From contig JACKLN010000013.1 of assembly GCA_024235855.1 (NCBI GenBank), positions 2,950-66,949 on the forward strand: a DNA stretch of 64,000 nucleotides. The letters run 5' to 3'. Source of the DNA: Burkholderiaceae bacterium. Its GTDB lineage: Bacteria > Pseudomonadota > Gammaproteobacteria > Burkholderiales > Burkholderiaceae_C. Position numbers and translations under genes: made by a program. Positions within the stretch are counted from its first letter, which is position 1; the number at the start of each line of letters is the position of its first letter. The notes under the pieces were generated by a model that had not been told where the DNA came from, ran no database searches, and was given only the letters and a program-made list of their open reading frames with translations. This document shows positions 18,727-28,436 of this stretch, one piece after another.

Positions 18727-20009
18727 TGCCACCGGACCTGCCACCGGACGTGCTGGGCGGCTCGGTGGCGCTGGGCGCGGGGCTGCTGATCGGCCTGGAG
18801 CGTGAGCGCCGCAAGGGCCGCGGCGCCGGGCGGCAGGCGGCCGGCATCCGCAGCTTCACCCTGGCGGCGCTGGCAGGCGCGCTGGCGCAGGGCCTGCAGC
18901 AGCCGGCCCTGGTGGCGCTGGCCGGCGCCGTGATCGTGGTGCTGTCGGCCCTGGCCTACTGGCGCAGCCCGCGCAACGACCCCGGCCTGACCACCGAACT
19001 GGCCCTGTTCGTCACCTTCCTGATCGGCGTGCTGGCCATGCGCCAGCCGGCCTGGGGTGCGGGGGCGGCCGCCATCGTGGCCGGCCTGCTGGCCGCGCGC
19101 GAGCGTCTGCACCGCTTCGCGACCCGCGCGATGAGCGAAGGCGAACTGCACGACGCGCTGCTGCTGGCGGCACTGGTGCTGGTGGTGCTGCCGCTGACCC
19201 CCGCCGAGCCCATCGCGGGGCTGGGCGGGCTGGTGCCGCGCACGCTGGTGCTGCTGGCGGTGCTGATCCTGGCCTTGCAGGGTGCCGGCCATGTGGCCGG
19301 ACGCTGGCTGGGCCCGCGGGCCGGGCCGCTGCTGGCCGGACTGCTGTCGGGCTTCGTCTCGAGCACGGCCACGGTGGCCTCGATGGGCACGCGCGTGCGT
19401 GCCGAGCCGGCCAGGCGCGCGGCCTGGGAGGGCGGTGCCATGATGTCCACCGCCGCCACCTGGGTGCAGGTGGTGGTGATGCTGCTGGCGGTGGCGCCGA
19501 CGCTGGCCCTTCGTGTGGCGCCGGCCGCGGCGGCCGGCGCGGGAGTGGCGGCCCTCACGGGCCTTTGGCGTGGTCGGCAATCGCCACCTGACGCCCCGTC
19601 GCCCGCCGGTCCGCGACCCCGCGTCCCCGCGCCTGACCGGGCAGGACCGTTGCGCGTGCGCGCCGCGCTGATCGTGGCCTTGCTGCTCGTGGGTGTGGCC
19701 CTGCTGGTGCGTGGCGCGCAGGCGCTGATGGGTGACACCGGTGTGCTGGCCGGCGCGGCACTGGGTGCCCTGGCCGACGCCCATGCGGCGGTCGCGTCGC
19801 TGGGCACGCTCCAGACCTCGGGCCGCATCGACAGCGCACTGGCCCTTGGCGGTGTGCTGATGGCCGTGGCCACCAACAGCGTGACGCGGGTGGTCGCCGC
19901 CGCGGTGGCCGGCGGTGCGGCCTATGCGCGCCGCGTGGGTCTGTCGCTGCTGGCCTCGGGTGCAGCGGCCGGCGCGGTCATGGCGCTGCTGCCAGGGGTC
20001 GCGCCATGA
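18726..20009 (+). CDS. MgtC/SapB-like plus DUF4010 membrane protein
   Basis: GLLIGLERE, AGIRSF, DPGLTTE, GFVSSTAT motifs; many TM helices. Confidence 0.85.
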   Translation: MPPDLPPDVLGGSVALGAGLLIGLERERRKGRGAGRQAAGIRSFTLAALAGALAQGLQQPALVALAGAVIVVLSALAYWRSPRNDPGLTTELALFVTFLIGVLAMRQPAWGAGAAAIVAGLLAARERLHRFATRAMSEGELHDALLLAALVLVVLPLTPAEPIAGLGGLVPRTLVLLAVLILALQGAGHVAGRWLGPRAGPLLAGLLSGFVSSTATVASMGTRVRAEPARRAAWEGGAMMSTAATWVQVVVMLLAVAPTLALRVAPAAAAGAGVAALTGLWRGRQSPPDAPSPAGPRPRVPAPDRAGPLRVRAALIVALLLVGVALLVRGAQALMGDTGVLAGAALGALADAHAAVASLGTLQTSGRIDSALALGGVLMAVATNSVTRVVAAAVAGGAAYARRVGLSLLASGAAAGAVMALLPGVAP

Positions 20010-20413
20010 GTCTCGACCTATTTCTGCGGGTGCTGGCCCTGTGCGTCGCCCTGGCGGGCGTGGAGACCCTGCACGGCATCGCCCGTACCGTGCTGCTGGC
20101 ACCGCGCATCGGCAAGGCGCGCGCCGTGCAGCTCAGCGTGGTGTCCGGCACGCTGCTCGCCTTCGGCGTGTGCGCCCTGCTCGTGCCCGGGATCGGGCTT
20201 CAGGGGGCCCGTCAGCACCTCATCCTGGGGCTGGCGCTCGCCGCCTTCATGGCCACCTTCGACATGGCCTTCGGCCGCCTGGTGCTGCGCCTGAAGTGGA
20301 GCCGTATCCTGCAGGACTTCAATCCGGCCAGCGGCAACTACCTGTCCCTGGGCCTGGTGGCGCTGGTCGGCCTGCCGTGGCTGGTCTGGGCGATGACCCA
20401 CCACACCGCGTGA
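20006..20413 (+). CDS. Hypothetical membrane protein (about 4 TM)
   Basis: ATGA-coupled to upstream gene, hydrophobic segments, host-like codon usage. Confidence 0.7.
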   Translation: MSLDLFLRVLALCVALAGVETLHGIARTVLLAPRIGKARAVQLSVVSGTLLAFGVCALLVPGIGLQGARQHLILGLALAAFMATFDMAFGRLVLRLKWSRILQDFNPASGNYLSLGLVALVGLPWLVWAMTHHTA

Positions 20414-20575
20414 CGGGACCGGCGCATCGCCACCCTGCAGACGCGCAGCGTCTGCCGAGGCGGTCGAGCGCGAGGGTCTGGTCTGAGCGACGCCTGACCA
20501 GGCACGCGGGTGCCGCGGGGTGGGCTGCGGTCTAATACGCCCATCGCCCTTCGAAGCCCCTGCGGCACACCGACC

Positions 20576-21247
20576 ATGCTCTCCGGCAAGCGCGTCCTCG
20601 TCACGCAGTCCACGGACTTCATGGGCCCTGCGCTGTGCGAGGTCCTGGCCGAACAGGGCGCCGAGGTCGTGCGCAGCGAGCGTGCCCTGTCCGAGCCCGG
20701 CGATGCCGAGGCGGTCGTGCGGGACGCCGGCGGCATCGACGTGCTCGTGGCCAACCTGGCGTTGAAGGCACCTTCCACACCGGTCGATGCCGTGGACGAC
20801 GCCGAGTGGCGCGAGGTGTTCGCGGCCCTGGTCGACCCGCTGCCGCGGCTGGTGCGCGCCGCCGTGCCTGGCATGCGCCAGCGTGGCGGGGGCAGGATCC
20901 TCGTCATCGGCAGCGCGTCGGCATTGCGCGGCATGAAGCGGGCGTCGACCTACAGCGCCGCGCGGGGCGCGCAGCTGGCCTACGTGCAGGCGACGGGCGT
21001 GGAACTGGCGCCGCTGAAGATCCAGGTCAACGCCATCGCGCAGAACTTCGTCGACAACCCCACCTACTTCCCGCCCGCGGTGCAGGCCAACCCACGCTTC
21101 CAGGAACGGCTGGCCCGCGAGGTGCCGCTGGGCCGGCTGGTCACGGCACACGAGGACGCGACGTTCGCCGCCTACCTGTGCAGCGATGCCGCCGGCTGCT
21201 TCGTCGGCCAGGTCTTCCCCGTCTGTGGGGGGTGGGCCGTACGGTGA
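20576..21247 (+). CDS. hheD: Halohydrin dehalogenase (SDR-related, probably HheD type)
   Basis: T-x4-F-x-G (TQSTDFMG) replaces the SDR TGxxxGxG; catalytic S-x12-Y-x3-R (GSASALRGMKRASTYSAAR); AQNFVDNPTYF. Confidence 0.8.
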   Translation: MLSGKRVLVTQSTDFMGPALCEVLAEQGAEVVRSERALSEPGDAEAVVRDAGGIDVLVANLALKAPSTPVDAVDDAEWREVFAALVDPLPRLVRAAVPGMRQRGGGRILVIGSASALRGMKRASTYSAARGAQLAYVQATGVELAPLKIQVNAIAQNFVDNPTYFPPAVQANPRFQERLAREVPLGRLVTAHEDATFAAYLCSDAAGCFVGQVFPVCGGWAVR

Positions 21248-21303
21248 GCGCGCGGTCCCGTATGCTCCGCTCGCCACGACCTTGGCGCCCACCCGATGTC
21301 GAC

Positions 21304-21528
21304 ATGCCGCGGACGACACCTTCCCTTACCGGTCTCCTGCTGACCCTGGCCGCCGCAGCCGCGCTCGGTGCCTGCACGTCGCGCCAGCTCTACGCCGCCG
21401 GCCAGCAATGGCAGGCCAACGAGTGCCGCAAGCTGCCACAGCCCGAACAGCCGCGCTGCCGGGCCAGCAACGCCCTGAGCTTCGAGGACTACCAGCGCGA
21501 AGCCGCAGCGGCGCGCGCCGCGCAGTGA
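21304..21528 (+). CDS. Small putative lipoprotein
   Basis: Signal peptide ending in the lipobox ALGAC; two further Cys; 74 aa. Confidence 0.65.
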   Translation: MPRTTPSLTGLLLTLAAAAALGACTSRQLYAAGQQWQANECRKLPQPEQPRCRASNALSFEDYQREAAAARAAQ

Positions 21529-21584
21529 AGGCCTGGCCCGCCGTGCCGGATTGCCCGGGCTGACGCGCGGACGGAGACCCCCGG

Positions 21585-21962
21585 ATGTCCTCTGGCGGCA
21601 ACTGGAAGGAGCTGTTCAATGCCGCCGTGGCGGGCGACCTGGACCTGGTGCGCTACCACGTGCAGCACGGCGTGGACATCGACTACGCGCACCCCGAGTT
21701 CCTGTCCACGCCGCTGGTGGCCTGCATCCTGGCCGGGCAGGAAGCGGCAGCGCACCTGCTGCTGGACAGCGGCGCGCAGGTCGACCTGGCGTCGGAATTC
21801 GACGGCATGAACCCGCTGCAGGCCGCGCGCCATGCCGGCCTGGCGGGCCTGGAGGCACGGTTGCAGGCGATGGGGGCCACGGCGCCGTGCCAGCCGGCAC
21901 CGGTGGCGGCGCGGCGCCCGCCCTGGTGGCGTCGACTTTGGACGCCGGGGTGTTCGGCCTGA
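21585..21962 (+). CDS. Ankyrin repeat protein
   Basis: LFNAAVAGDLDLVRYHVQHGVDID...TPL..CILAG...LLLDSGAQVD...NPLQAA. Confidence 0.85.
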   Translation: MSSGGNWKELFNAAVAGDLDLVRYHVQHGVDIDYAHPEFLSTPLVACILAGQEAAAHLLLDSGAQVDLASEFDGMNPLQAARHAGLAGLEARLQAMGATAPCQPAPVAARRPPWWRRLWTPGCSA

Positions 21963-22015
21963 CGATGGCTGCGCCAGGCCCTGCCCCTGACGATGAACGG
22001 ACCGGGAGGCCACCC

Positions 22016-22540
22016 ATGCGTTCCACCGCGCTCGCCGCGCTGCTGAGTGCCACCCTGCTGCTGCCGACAGTGGCATCAGCGGCGCCGCCCTCCTACGCCG
22101 AGTCAGGCCAGGCCACACGCGCGGTGGCCGAGCCCTACTTCGACGCCTACATCGCCCGGCACTGGGACCGCCTAGCGCCCTTGCTCGCCGAGAAAGGGAG
22201 CTTCGAGGACCCCACGGCGGCCCTGGTCTTCGGGACGGTGAAGCAGCAGGGCAAGGCTGCCACGCTGAAGAACTTTCGCGAAGGCTACGAAGCCATCCGG
22301 CACATGGCGTTCCATCCGTCACGCGTGTTCTATGCCGGCGAACATGCCATCTTCGAAGGCACGCTGGACTGGACGCTGGCGTTGGACGGCGGCCGGCAGG
22401 CGGTGACCACCGGCATGCCTTTCGTCACCGTGCTGCGCGTCGTCGATGGCCTGGTGGTGGAGCACCGGGACTATGCCGACTACACGCCATTCCTGGCGGC
22501 CGTGAAGGCGGCCCGCGCGCCAACGGCGCCGTCGCGTTAG
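22016..22540 (+). CDS. Secreted SnoaL/NTF2-like protein
   Basis: Signal peptide; YFDAYIARHWDRL..LLAE...FEDPT...VVEHRDYADY. Confidence 0.78.
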   Translation: MRSTALAALLSATLLLPTVASAAPPSYAESGQATRAVAEPYFDAYIARHWDRLAPLLAEKGSFEDPTAALVFGTVKQQGKAATLKNFREGYEAIRHMAFHPSRVFYAGEHAIFEGTLDWTLALDGGRQAVTTGMPFVTVLRVVDGLVVEHRDYADYTPFLAAVKAARAPTAPSR

Positions 22541-23365
22541 TGCGGTGGCCAGCTGATCTTGGTCTGATCGTCAGAGCACGTGCCAGCCGACCCGCGCATG
22601 GCAAGGTCTGCTGACAGTCGACGTCGCGCGTGGCTGCTACCGACGCACCCTCGTCGTCCCGGCACCAGTCCGCATTGACGGCATGGCTGCGGTCACTGCC
22701 GCTTCGTGCGAGGGTCTCTTCGGACTGCTCGCGGCAAGTTGCTGTCGCTGGTGAGGGGCAGCCTCCGGGTAGGCATTCAGTGGCCATTTCCCCATTCCGC
22801 CAAGCCATCGACCGTTAGAATTTGTCCGACACACCTCAACAGTCGGGGTGAGATCGGACCCTCTACGGCCACCGCGTGAGAGGTGCGTCGGTGACAGCCA
22901 CGGCATCCAAGCCGCACGGGGTGAGGACAGGCCGGAAGCTGAGATCCGCCCCCCAATTTCCTCGTGCAGATGAGCACAGTTTGGTGGTGGGTCGTGCTGG
23001 CCACAGGGCCGCAGGTTAGGACCGCGCCGTCCAAATCTTCCCGCCCTGACGCCTCGAATGTCTCAAAACATTCCCGGCGATAGGCCCGCTCGCGAGTCGA
23101 GAATCGGGAAGACGTCGAGCGGTGATCTTGGCACCACAGCGACTTTTCGAAAGCAAACTCTCAGCCAACGTGAACACCCGTCCACTCAGCCGCCACGTTG
23201 CCGTTCGCTTGCAACAGCGCTCGATTCCACTCCTCGTCGCTGACCCGCTTGACCCCTACGAGCGCACCGTAGATGCCAAGCGGCGACTTTGCAGCGCTGT
23301 GACAATCGGACTTGCATTGTCCGTGCTCGGTTCATTGGCGCCAAGCATGGCCAAGTGAGGGGCAC

Positions 23366-25045
23366 TTGAGTCAAGACACATCGCCAGCGAGCACGCGTCC
23401 ACTGCCATTCCGCCTTTGGCCGTCGGCAAGGGCACTTACGGGGTTCGCGCTGCTGGCATGGCTGATTTCACTAGGGCTCAACGGCTTCGTGGATGTCAAC
23501 CAGCGTGCCTACAGCGGTGCTCACGTGCTCGCCATCGGTTGGCTCGGCCCTCTCATGGTCAACTTCGCCTGGTATGCCAACCTGTTCTTCCTGATCAGTG
23601 TCGCTCTGCTTCTAGGCAAGCGTTCGGCGGTCTGGTCGTCCCTTCTTGCAGCAGCGGTTCCCCTGCAAACGATCACGTTCGTGAAGGTTCCTCTCAATGA
23701 GGCCGGCGGTGCCATTGGTGTCTTTGGCCTCGGATGGGGCTTCGTGGTTTGGTACTCAGCAATGTTGCTGCTAGTCGCTGCCGCCGGGACCCGTCAGATC
23801 GAATTGCATGCCGATCGCCGGGCGCCGAGCGCGGAAATGCGCCAGTGGGGCTTGGCCCTGTGCCTCGGGTTCATCTTGTTTGCCGGCGCACTCGCACTTC
23901 ACGATCGACTGAGAGCCAACACCGCTGACGGTGAGCGACTTCGCCAAGTTGCCTTCAAGCGAGGTGCCGTTTGCAACATCGAGCAGCCGCGCGCGGGGGA
24001 GTCGACTGCGCTCGGGGACGGGCCGCTGGAAGTCCGGACCCTCGATGGCAGCAGCAGGTTGGCCTATCCGTTCAACGATGTGCGCGATCTGCTGAATTGG
24101 GGTATTCCGACCGTAAGGGCGGCCGGTCGCGACTACTCGTTCGCGTTCGCGGGTGATGAACTTGTCTTGACGTCGGTCCCCGCGGTGGGGCCACCGGCTG
24201 CAACTCTCGTCGTCGATCCAGGGACGCCGCAGAACAAGTACGCGATCACCGTTTCACTGGAAACGGGTCAACCCGGCGACGAGCCGTTTCGGTTCACGTG
24301 GACGAAGGATCGTGGCTATGGAAACGGATACTGTCCGGACTACGCCACCTTCCCTCGCCCAGGCGAGCAGCCGAGGGAGATGCTCGAACAGGCACTAGCC
24401 CTGGGCCCGCAGGCATCTCGTGCGGCGGTGTTCAACACCAGGCACGAGCAGGAAATGAAGAGGCGGAATGACGAGTCGAAGGGCCCGGTCATGGCAACTT
24501 TTCTGGGCGAGTCCGGCGTACCCAGGAGCGAGCCATCGTTGGATGTGCCGGGCCAGTCGGGACGACTTCAAGAACTCGCGCTGGCATTGGCCCGCGCTGA
24601 AGCCATGCGCTTAGAGAGGACACGCCGCATGAATGTCGGATGTCCCGAAGGGACGGGGTGGCTTTCCAGTTGGCAAAAGGTGCCGTATGCCGGCTCGCTG
24701 GACATCGATGCTGGCGTGCCGTTCATGGTGGATGAGCGAGCGTTCTATCTGAAGCGAAGTTTGCAGGTGAAGGCAGTGTGTGTCGGTGAATCCGTCTTCA
24801 CGTACCATGAGGTCGCAGGCGACAGGGAAGGCAATCGGAGGTTGGCTATCGACAAGCGGGCCCTAGCGGACTTCCGGTACCTTGGTGCAGTCACGATCGT
24901 CCTTCCGAAACCAGTACTCACGCCGGGAGCCGACTTTCGACTGACGGCAATCGAAGAGCACGACGAAGGCATGTCAGCGCTGCTGGAACTCGAGAAGACA
25001 GGCCAAGTCATCGCATTCAGGGCCCCACTCAATTTCAAACGCTAG
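23366..25045 (+). CDS. Hypothetical membrane protein (about 6 N-terminal TM helices plus a large soluble domain), atypical codon usage
   Basis: 1.7-kb open frame in lower-GC DNA; TTG start after GAGGGG is tentative. Confidence 0.65.
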   Translation: MSQDTSPASTRPLPFRLWPSARALTGFALLAWLISLGLNGFVDVNQRAYSGAHVLAIGWLGPLMVNFAWYANLFFLISVALLLGKRSAVWSSLLAAAVPLQTITFVKVPLNEAGGAIGVFGLGWGFVVWYSAMLLLVAAAGTRQIELHADRRAPSAEMRQWGLALCLGFILFAGALALHDRLRANTADGERLRQVAFKRGAVCNIEQPRAGESTALGDGPLEVRTLDGSSRLAYPFNDVRDLLNWGIPTVRAAGRDYSFAFAGDELVLTSVPAVGPPAATLVVDPGTPQNKYAITVSLETGQPGDEPFRFTWTKDRGYGNGYCPDYATFPRPGEQPREMLEQALALGPQASRAAVFNTRHEQEMKRRNDESKGPVMATFLGESGVPRSEPSLDVPGQSGRLQELALALARAEAMRLERTRRMNVGCPEGTGWLSSWQKVPYAGSLDIDAGVPFMVDERAFYLKRSLQVKAVCVGESVFTYHEVAGDREGNRRLAIDKRALADFRYLGAVTIVLPKPVLTPGADFRLTAIEEHDEGMSALLELEKTGQVIAFRAPLNFKR

Positions 25046-25099
25046 GGCAAGCGTGGCCTTACGGCCGAATTGCGTCACCGGCCGGCGATGTGCAGGATC

Positions 25100-25290
25100 T
25101 GAGGGTCCGTGCCCAGCTTGTAGGTTTGCACTTGACCGGCAGGTGCAACTCATGGACGGCCAGCGAGTCACCAAGCCCAAGGACACCCGGCGTCGGCCCA
25201 CTGATGCTTTCAAGCAAACGCTCATTGATCGCAGCCTGGTACCCCGAACCTTGGTGGCCGCGATGGCCCACGATACCGGGATCAATGCGG
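25100..25290 (+). mobile_element. Degenerate IS fragment (IS66 TnpA / IS3 OrfA-like HTH N-terminus)
   Basis: From ATG 25152: MDGQRVTKPKDTRRRPTDAFKQTLIDRSLVPRTLVAAMAHDTGINA, then resemblance is lost; no DDE transposase follows. Confidence 0.55.
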
Positions 25291-25666
25291 AGCAGGACGC
25301 TACCGGGCGGCCGCTGGGGCTACCGGCTAAAGACTTGCGCTCAAGGACCCCTAGATTGTCACCTCGGTCGGGCGCGGGCTGCGCGCTGCGCCTCAATCGC
25401 CCTGCGTGCTGCCCGCAGCGTGTGCCCTCCGCTGCGGGGCTTCCTTCGGGTGACTGCTGGGCATCCTACCGGCAGCTTCAGGGTGGCGAGATCAGGTCAG
25501 TGAGTGTCGGCTGAGGGTCGACAACCGCCATTCGTTCCAGCTGAACCGAAAACAGCGATCAGGCTGAAGCAGTCCCCGGATCGGCAGGCCCAGACTTTGG
25601 CAACCGCGCCGCCACCCGCTGGGGCAACGACTCCGCAGGTGCGGCGGCGTTCTCCCGTCCCAAGGC

Positions 25667-26518
25667 TCAGGTGAACTCCCGCTCCCGCAGCCACTTCGTC
25701 GCCACCCACTTCTCGCCTGCCACCACCGGCCCGCCGCCGTGCAGCGTGCGCGTGCTGGCGTGCGCCCGGTCGTAGCTGAAGAAAACGGCGTTGCCCTTGA
25801 TGGCGGCCACTTCCAGCGCCACGTCGGGGAAGGTGGTGGCACCGCCGCGTTCGGGCGTGTTCAGGTACATCACCAGCGTGCCCACGCGCTGGCCGCCGCG
25901 GGCGAGCACCGCCGCCGTGCCCGAGTGCTTGGGGTCGAAGTAGTCGTGGTGTGGCCGGTATTCCGCCCCCGGCCGATAGTGCAGCACCTGCAGGCCCTCG
26001 CCCCAGGCCACGGGCCAGTTCAGCAGCGTGGCGATGCGCTGTTCGATGCGCTGGATCAGCGGCGACTCGCCGCGGCCGAAGAACATGCCGTCGCTGGTGC
26101 GCGCGGCGTTCACTTCACTGCCGCCGGTGGTGTTAACCACGGTCTCCGACCGCGCCAGGCGCGGGCGTGACTCCTCGATCAACGCATCGCACTCGGCATC
26201 GCTGAGCAGGCCGCCGAACAGCACCACACGCGGCAGCTTCATGGCCAGCAGCACGCGCACCGGATGGCCGGCGACGTCGATCACCGTCACGCCGTCGCCG
26301 ATGGCCGGCTCCGGCACCGGGCCGCTGGGTGGCAGCAGCACCGGCTGGCCGGTTTCCTGCTGGATCTGCTGCAGCGCCTGCAGCGCCGCGGCGTCGGCCC
26401 AGCCGCTGCTGCGCATGGCCGACAGCACGTCCTCGGCACGACAGCCGGCGGCCAGCTGGGCCCGCAGCCACTGGCGCAGGTCGTCGGTGATGTGCTGGGC
26501 GTGGGCGGTGGCGCTCAT
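25667..26518 (-). CDS. 2OG-Fe(II) oxygenase, prolyl 4-hydroxylase-like
   Basis: LSDAECD, RTSDG, EGLQVLHY, PHHDYF, QRVGT..MYLN, GGATTFP, LHGG.PV..GEKWVATKW. Confidence 0.9.
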   Translation of the reverse strand: MSATAHAQHITDDLRQWLRAQLAAGCRAEDVLSAMRSSGWADAAALQALQQIQQETGQPVLLPPSGPVPEPAIGDGVTVIDVAGHPVRVLLAMKLPRVVLFGGLLSDAECDALIEESRPRLARSETVVNTTGGSEVNAARTSDGMFFGRGESPLIQRIEQRIATLLNWPVAWGEGLQVLHYRPGAEYRPHHDYFDPKHSGTAAVLARGGQRVGTLVMYLNTPERGGATTFPDVALEVAAIKGNAVFFSYDRAHASTRTLHGGGPVVAGEKWVATKWLREREFT

Positions 26519-26554
26519 TGTCTCGCTCCGGGCGTGCTGCAGGACAAGGCAGGG

Positions 26555-27340
26555 TCAGGCGGTGCCCTGCCGGCGGAACACCAGGCGGTCGGGGCTCGAC
26601 ACGGCAGGCACATAAGCGTAACCCTCGGCGTCGAAGGACTGCAGCTGCTCTGGCTGCTGCAGACGGTGGGTGATGGCGTGCCGTGCCATCAGGCCACGCG
26701 CCCGCTTGGCGAAGAAGCTCACCACCTTCCAGCCATCGGCCTTGCCTTCCTCGAACACGCACTCCACCACCCGGGCCTTCAACGCCTTGCGGTCGGCTGC
26801 CCGGAAGTACTCCTGCGACGCCAGGTTGACCACCACGGGCTGCTTCTGGCCGCGTTGGCGGCGATTCAGGTAATCGGCGATGGCGTCGCCCCAGTAGCCG
26901 TAGAGGTCCTTGGCACCGGGCGTGGCCAGCCTCGTGCCCATCTCCAACCGGTAGGGCTGCAGGCGGTCGAGGGGACGCAGCGCACCGTACAGCCCGGACA
27001 GGATGACCACGTGGTCCTGGGCCCAGGCCAGGTCGTCGACGCGGAGCGTCTTCGCGTCCAGCCCGCCGTAGACGTCGCCGTCGAAAGCCAGCGCGGCGGG
27101 CTTGCTGTTGCGCGTGCTGAAGGTCCGCCGCCAGGCGCCGTAGCGGGCCACGTTCAGCTGCGCCAGCGGGTCGGACAGCGACATCAGCGACGCCACCTCG
27201 GCGGGTGACTTGGCCTTCAGCACGTCGATCAGCGCGGCGGCCTCGTCGACGAAGGCCGGCCGCGTGGCCAGGGCCTCGACGGCCGGCGGCGTGGGGGTCT
27301 CGTAATCCAGGCTCTTGGCAGGGGACAGCAGGAACAGCAT
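26555..27340 (-). CDS. yaaA: Peroxide stress protein YaaA
   Basis: LLSPAKSLDY, AFDGDVY.GL, ILSGLYG.LRPLD..QPYRLEMG, NLASQEYF, AKRARGLM. Confidence 0.95.
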   Translation of the reverse strand: MLFLLSPAKSLDYETPTPPAVEALATRPAFVDEAAALIDVLKAKSPAEVASLMSLSDPLAQLNVARYGAWRRTFSTRNSKPAALAFDGDVYGGLDAKTLRVDDLAWAQDHVVILSGLYGALRPLDRLQPYRLEMGTRLATPGAKDLYGYWGDAIADYLNRRQRGQKQPVVVNLASQEYFRAADRKALKARVVECVFEEGKADGWKVVSFFAKRARGLMARHAITHRLQQPEQLQSFDAEGYAYVPAVSSPDRLVFRRQGTA

Positions 27341-27371
27341 CGGCGGTCGGCGGGTGGTCGGTCGGGGATGA

Positions 27372-28082
27372 TCAGGGGTCGTCGTGCAACCGCGGTGTCA
27401 CGTCCACGGCGTCCGTGTGGCCCAGCGCCGCGCGCCAGGTCCGGTAGGGGATGTGGTGGGTCAAGCGGTGCAGCGCGCTGTCGATCAGCGACGGGTGCAG
27501 CACGTGTCCGACGCCGGCCGCCACGTCCAGCGTCGCGTCGCCGTGCAGCACACCCAGGTGCTGCAGGGCCTGGCGGGCGTGGGCGGCCGGGATGATCTCG
27601 TCGGCGGCACCATGGAAGAAGTGCAGCGTGGTCTGTCTCGGTGCCACGTCGGGCAGGCGTGCATAGCGCCCGGCAAAGGCCAGCACGCGGCCAGCCAGGC
27701 CGTCGGCCCGGCTAGCCAGTTCCAGCGCAAGGATGGCCCCCTGCGAAAAACCGCCGATGGCGGTCGGCTGCGGGCCCACACCCAGACGCTGCTGGGTGAA
27801 CTGCACCCAGTCCTGCAGCGGGCCAAGCGCGTCCTCGACCCGCGCGATGCGTCGTTCATCGTCGAGATCCCGGGCGGAGAACCACTGTCGGCCCGCCCCA
27901 CCGCCATCCACCGGATGCGGTGCATCCGGCGCCAGGATGGCCGCCTTTGGAAACTGCGCACGCAGCGCCTCGGCCAGCGGGCGCATCAACGCACCGCGGC
28001 CGCCGTAGCCATGCAGCAGGATCAGCAACTGCGGCGGCGGGGCCGCATCGTCATCGGGCAACCATTCCAGGGCCAGGCGCAT
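27372..28082 (-). CDS. Phospholipase/carboxylesterase (YpfH-like alpha/beta hydrolase)
   Basis: LLHGYG, RQWFS, GFSQGA nucleophile elbow, FHGAAD, GVGH. Confidence 0.88.
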   Translation of the reverse strand: MRLALEWLPDDDAAPPPQLLILLHGYGGRGALMRPLAEALRAQFPKAAILAPDAPHPVDGGGAGRQWFSARDLDDERRIARVEDALGPLQDWVQFTQQRLGVGPQPTAIGGFSQGAILALELASRADGLAGRVLAFAGRYARLPDVAPRQTTLHFFHGAADEIIPAAHARQALQHLGVLHGDATLDVAAGVGHVLHPSLIDSALHRLTHHIPYRTWRAALGHTDAVDVTPRLHDDP

Positions 28083-28436
28083 CCGACAATTGTCGCAGCG
28101 CGCATCGCGTCACCCACGCCTGATGGGAAGAGGTCTCGGCGGGCGGTCGTGCCTTGACCACGACCGTTGTTACAACTCGGCGTGATGTTCCGTCGAGGAC
28201 AGACCGCCCGTCCCATACCCCACCGGGCTAGGACTCGACGTCGGTCGTGAACCACGCCACGTGGCGGACGGTCATCACCGCCTTGACGCGCCGGCCATCC
28301 TGTGCGGTGTGTCGGTTCGTCGCACTACATCTGAAGCAACTGCTCGCAGCTTGCGACCACATCTCACTGCATTCGCAGTGAGTCCCCGTCAGCATCGCGT
28401 CCCTAAGGTCCGGGATGGACCGTGGAGGACGAGGAC

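Noticed and set aside
20437-20455. Hairpin gcagacgc-gca-gcgtctgc as a terminator
   Set aside because: No U tract follows it; too weak to call
22700-23358. Possible ncRNA or small ORFs (23058-23243, 23122-23358)
   Set aside because: Only scattered short hairpins, no recognisable RNA family, RBS or protein motif
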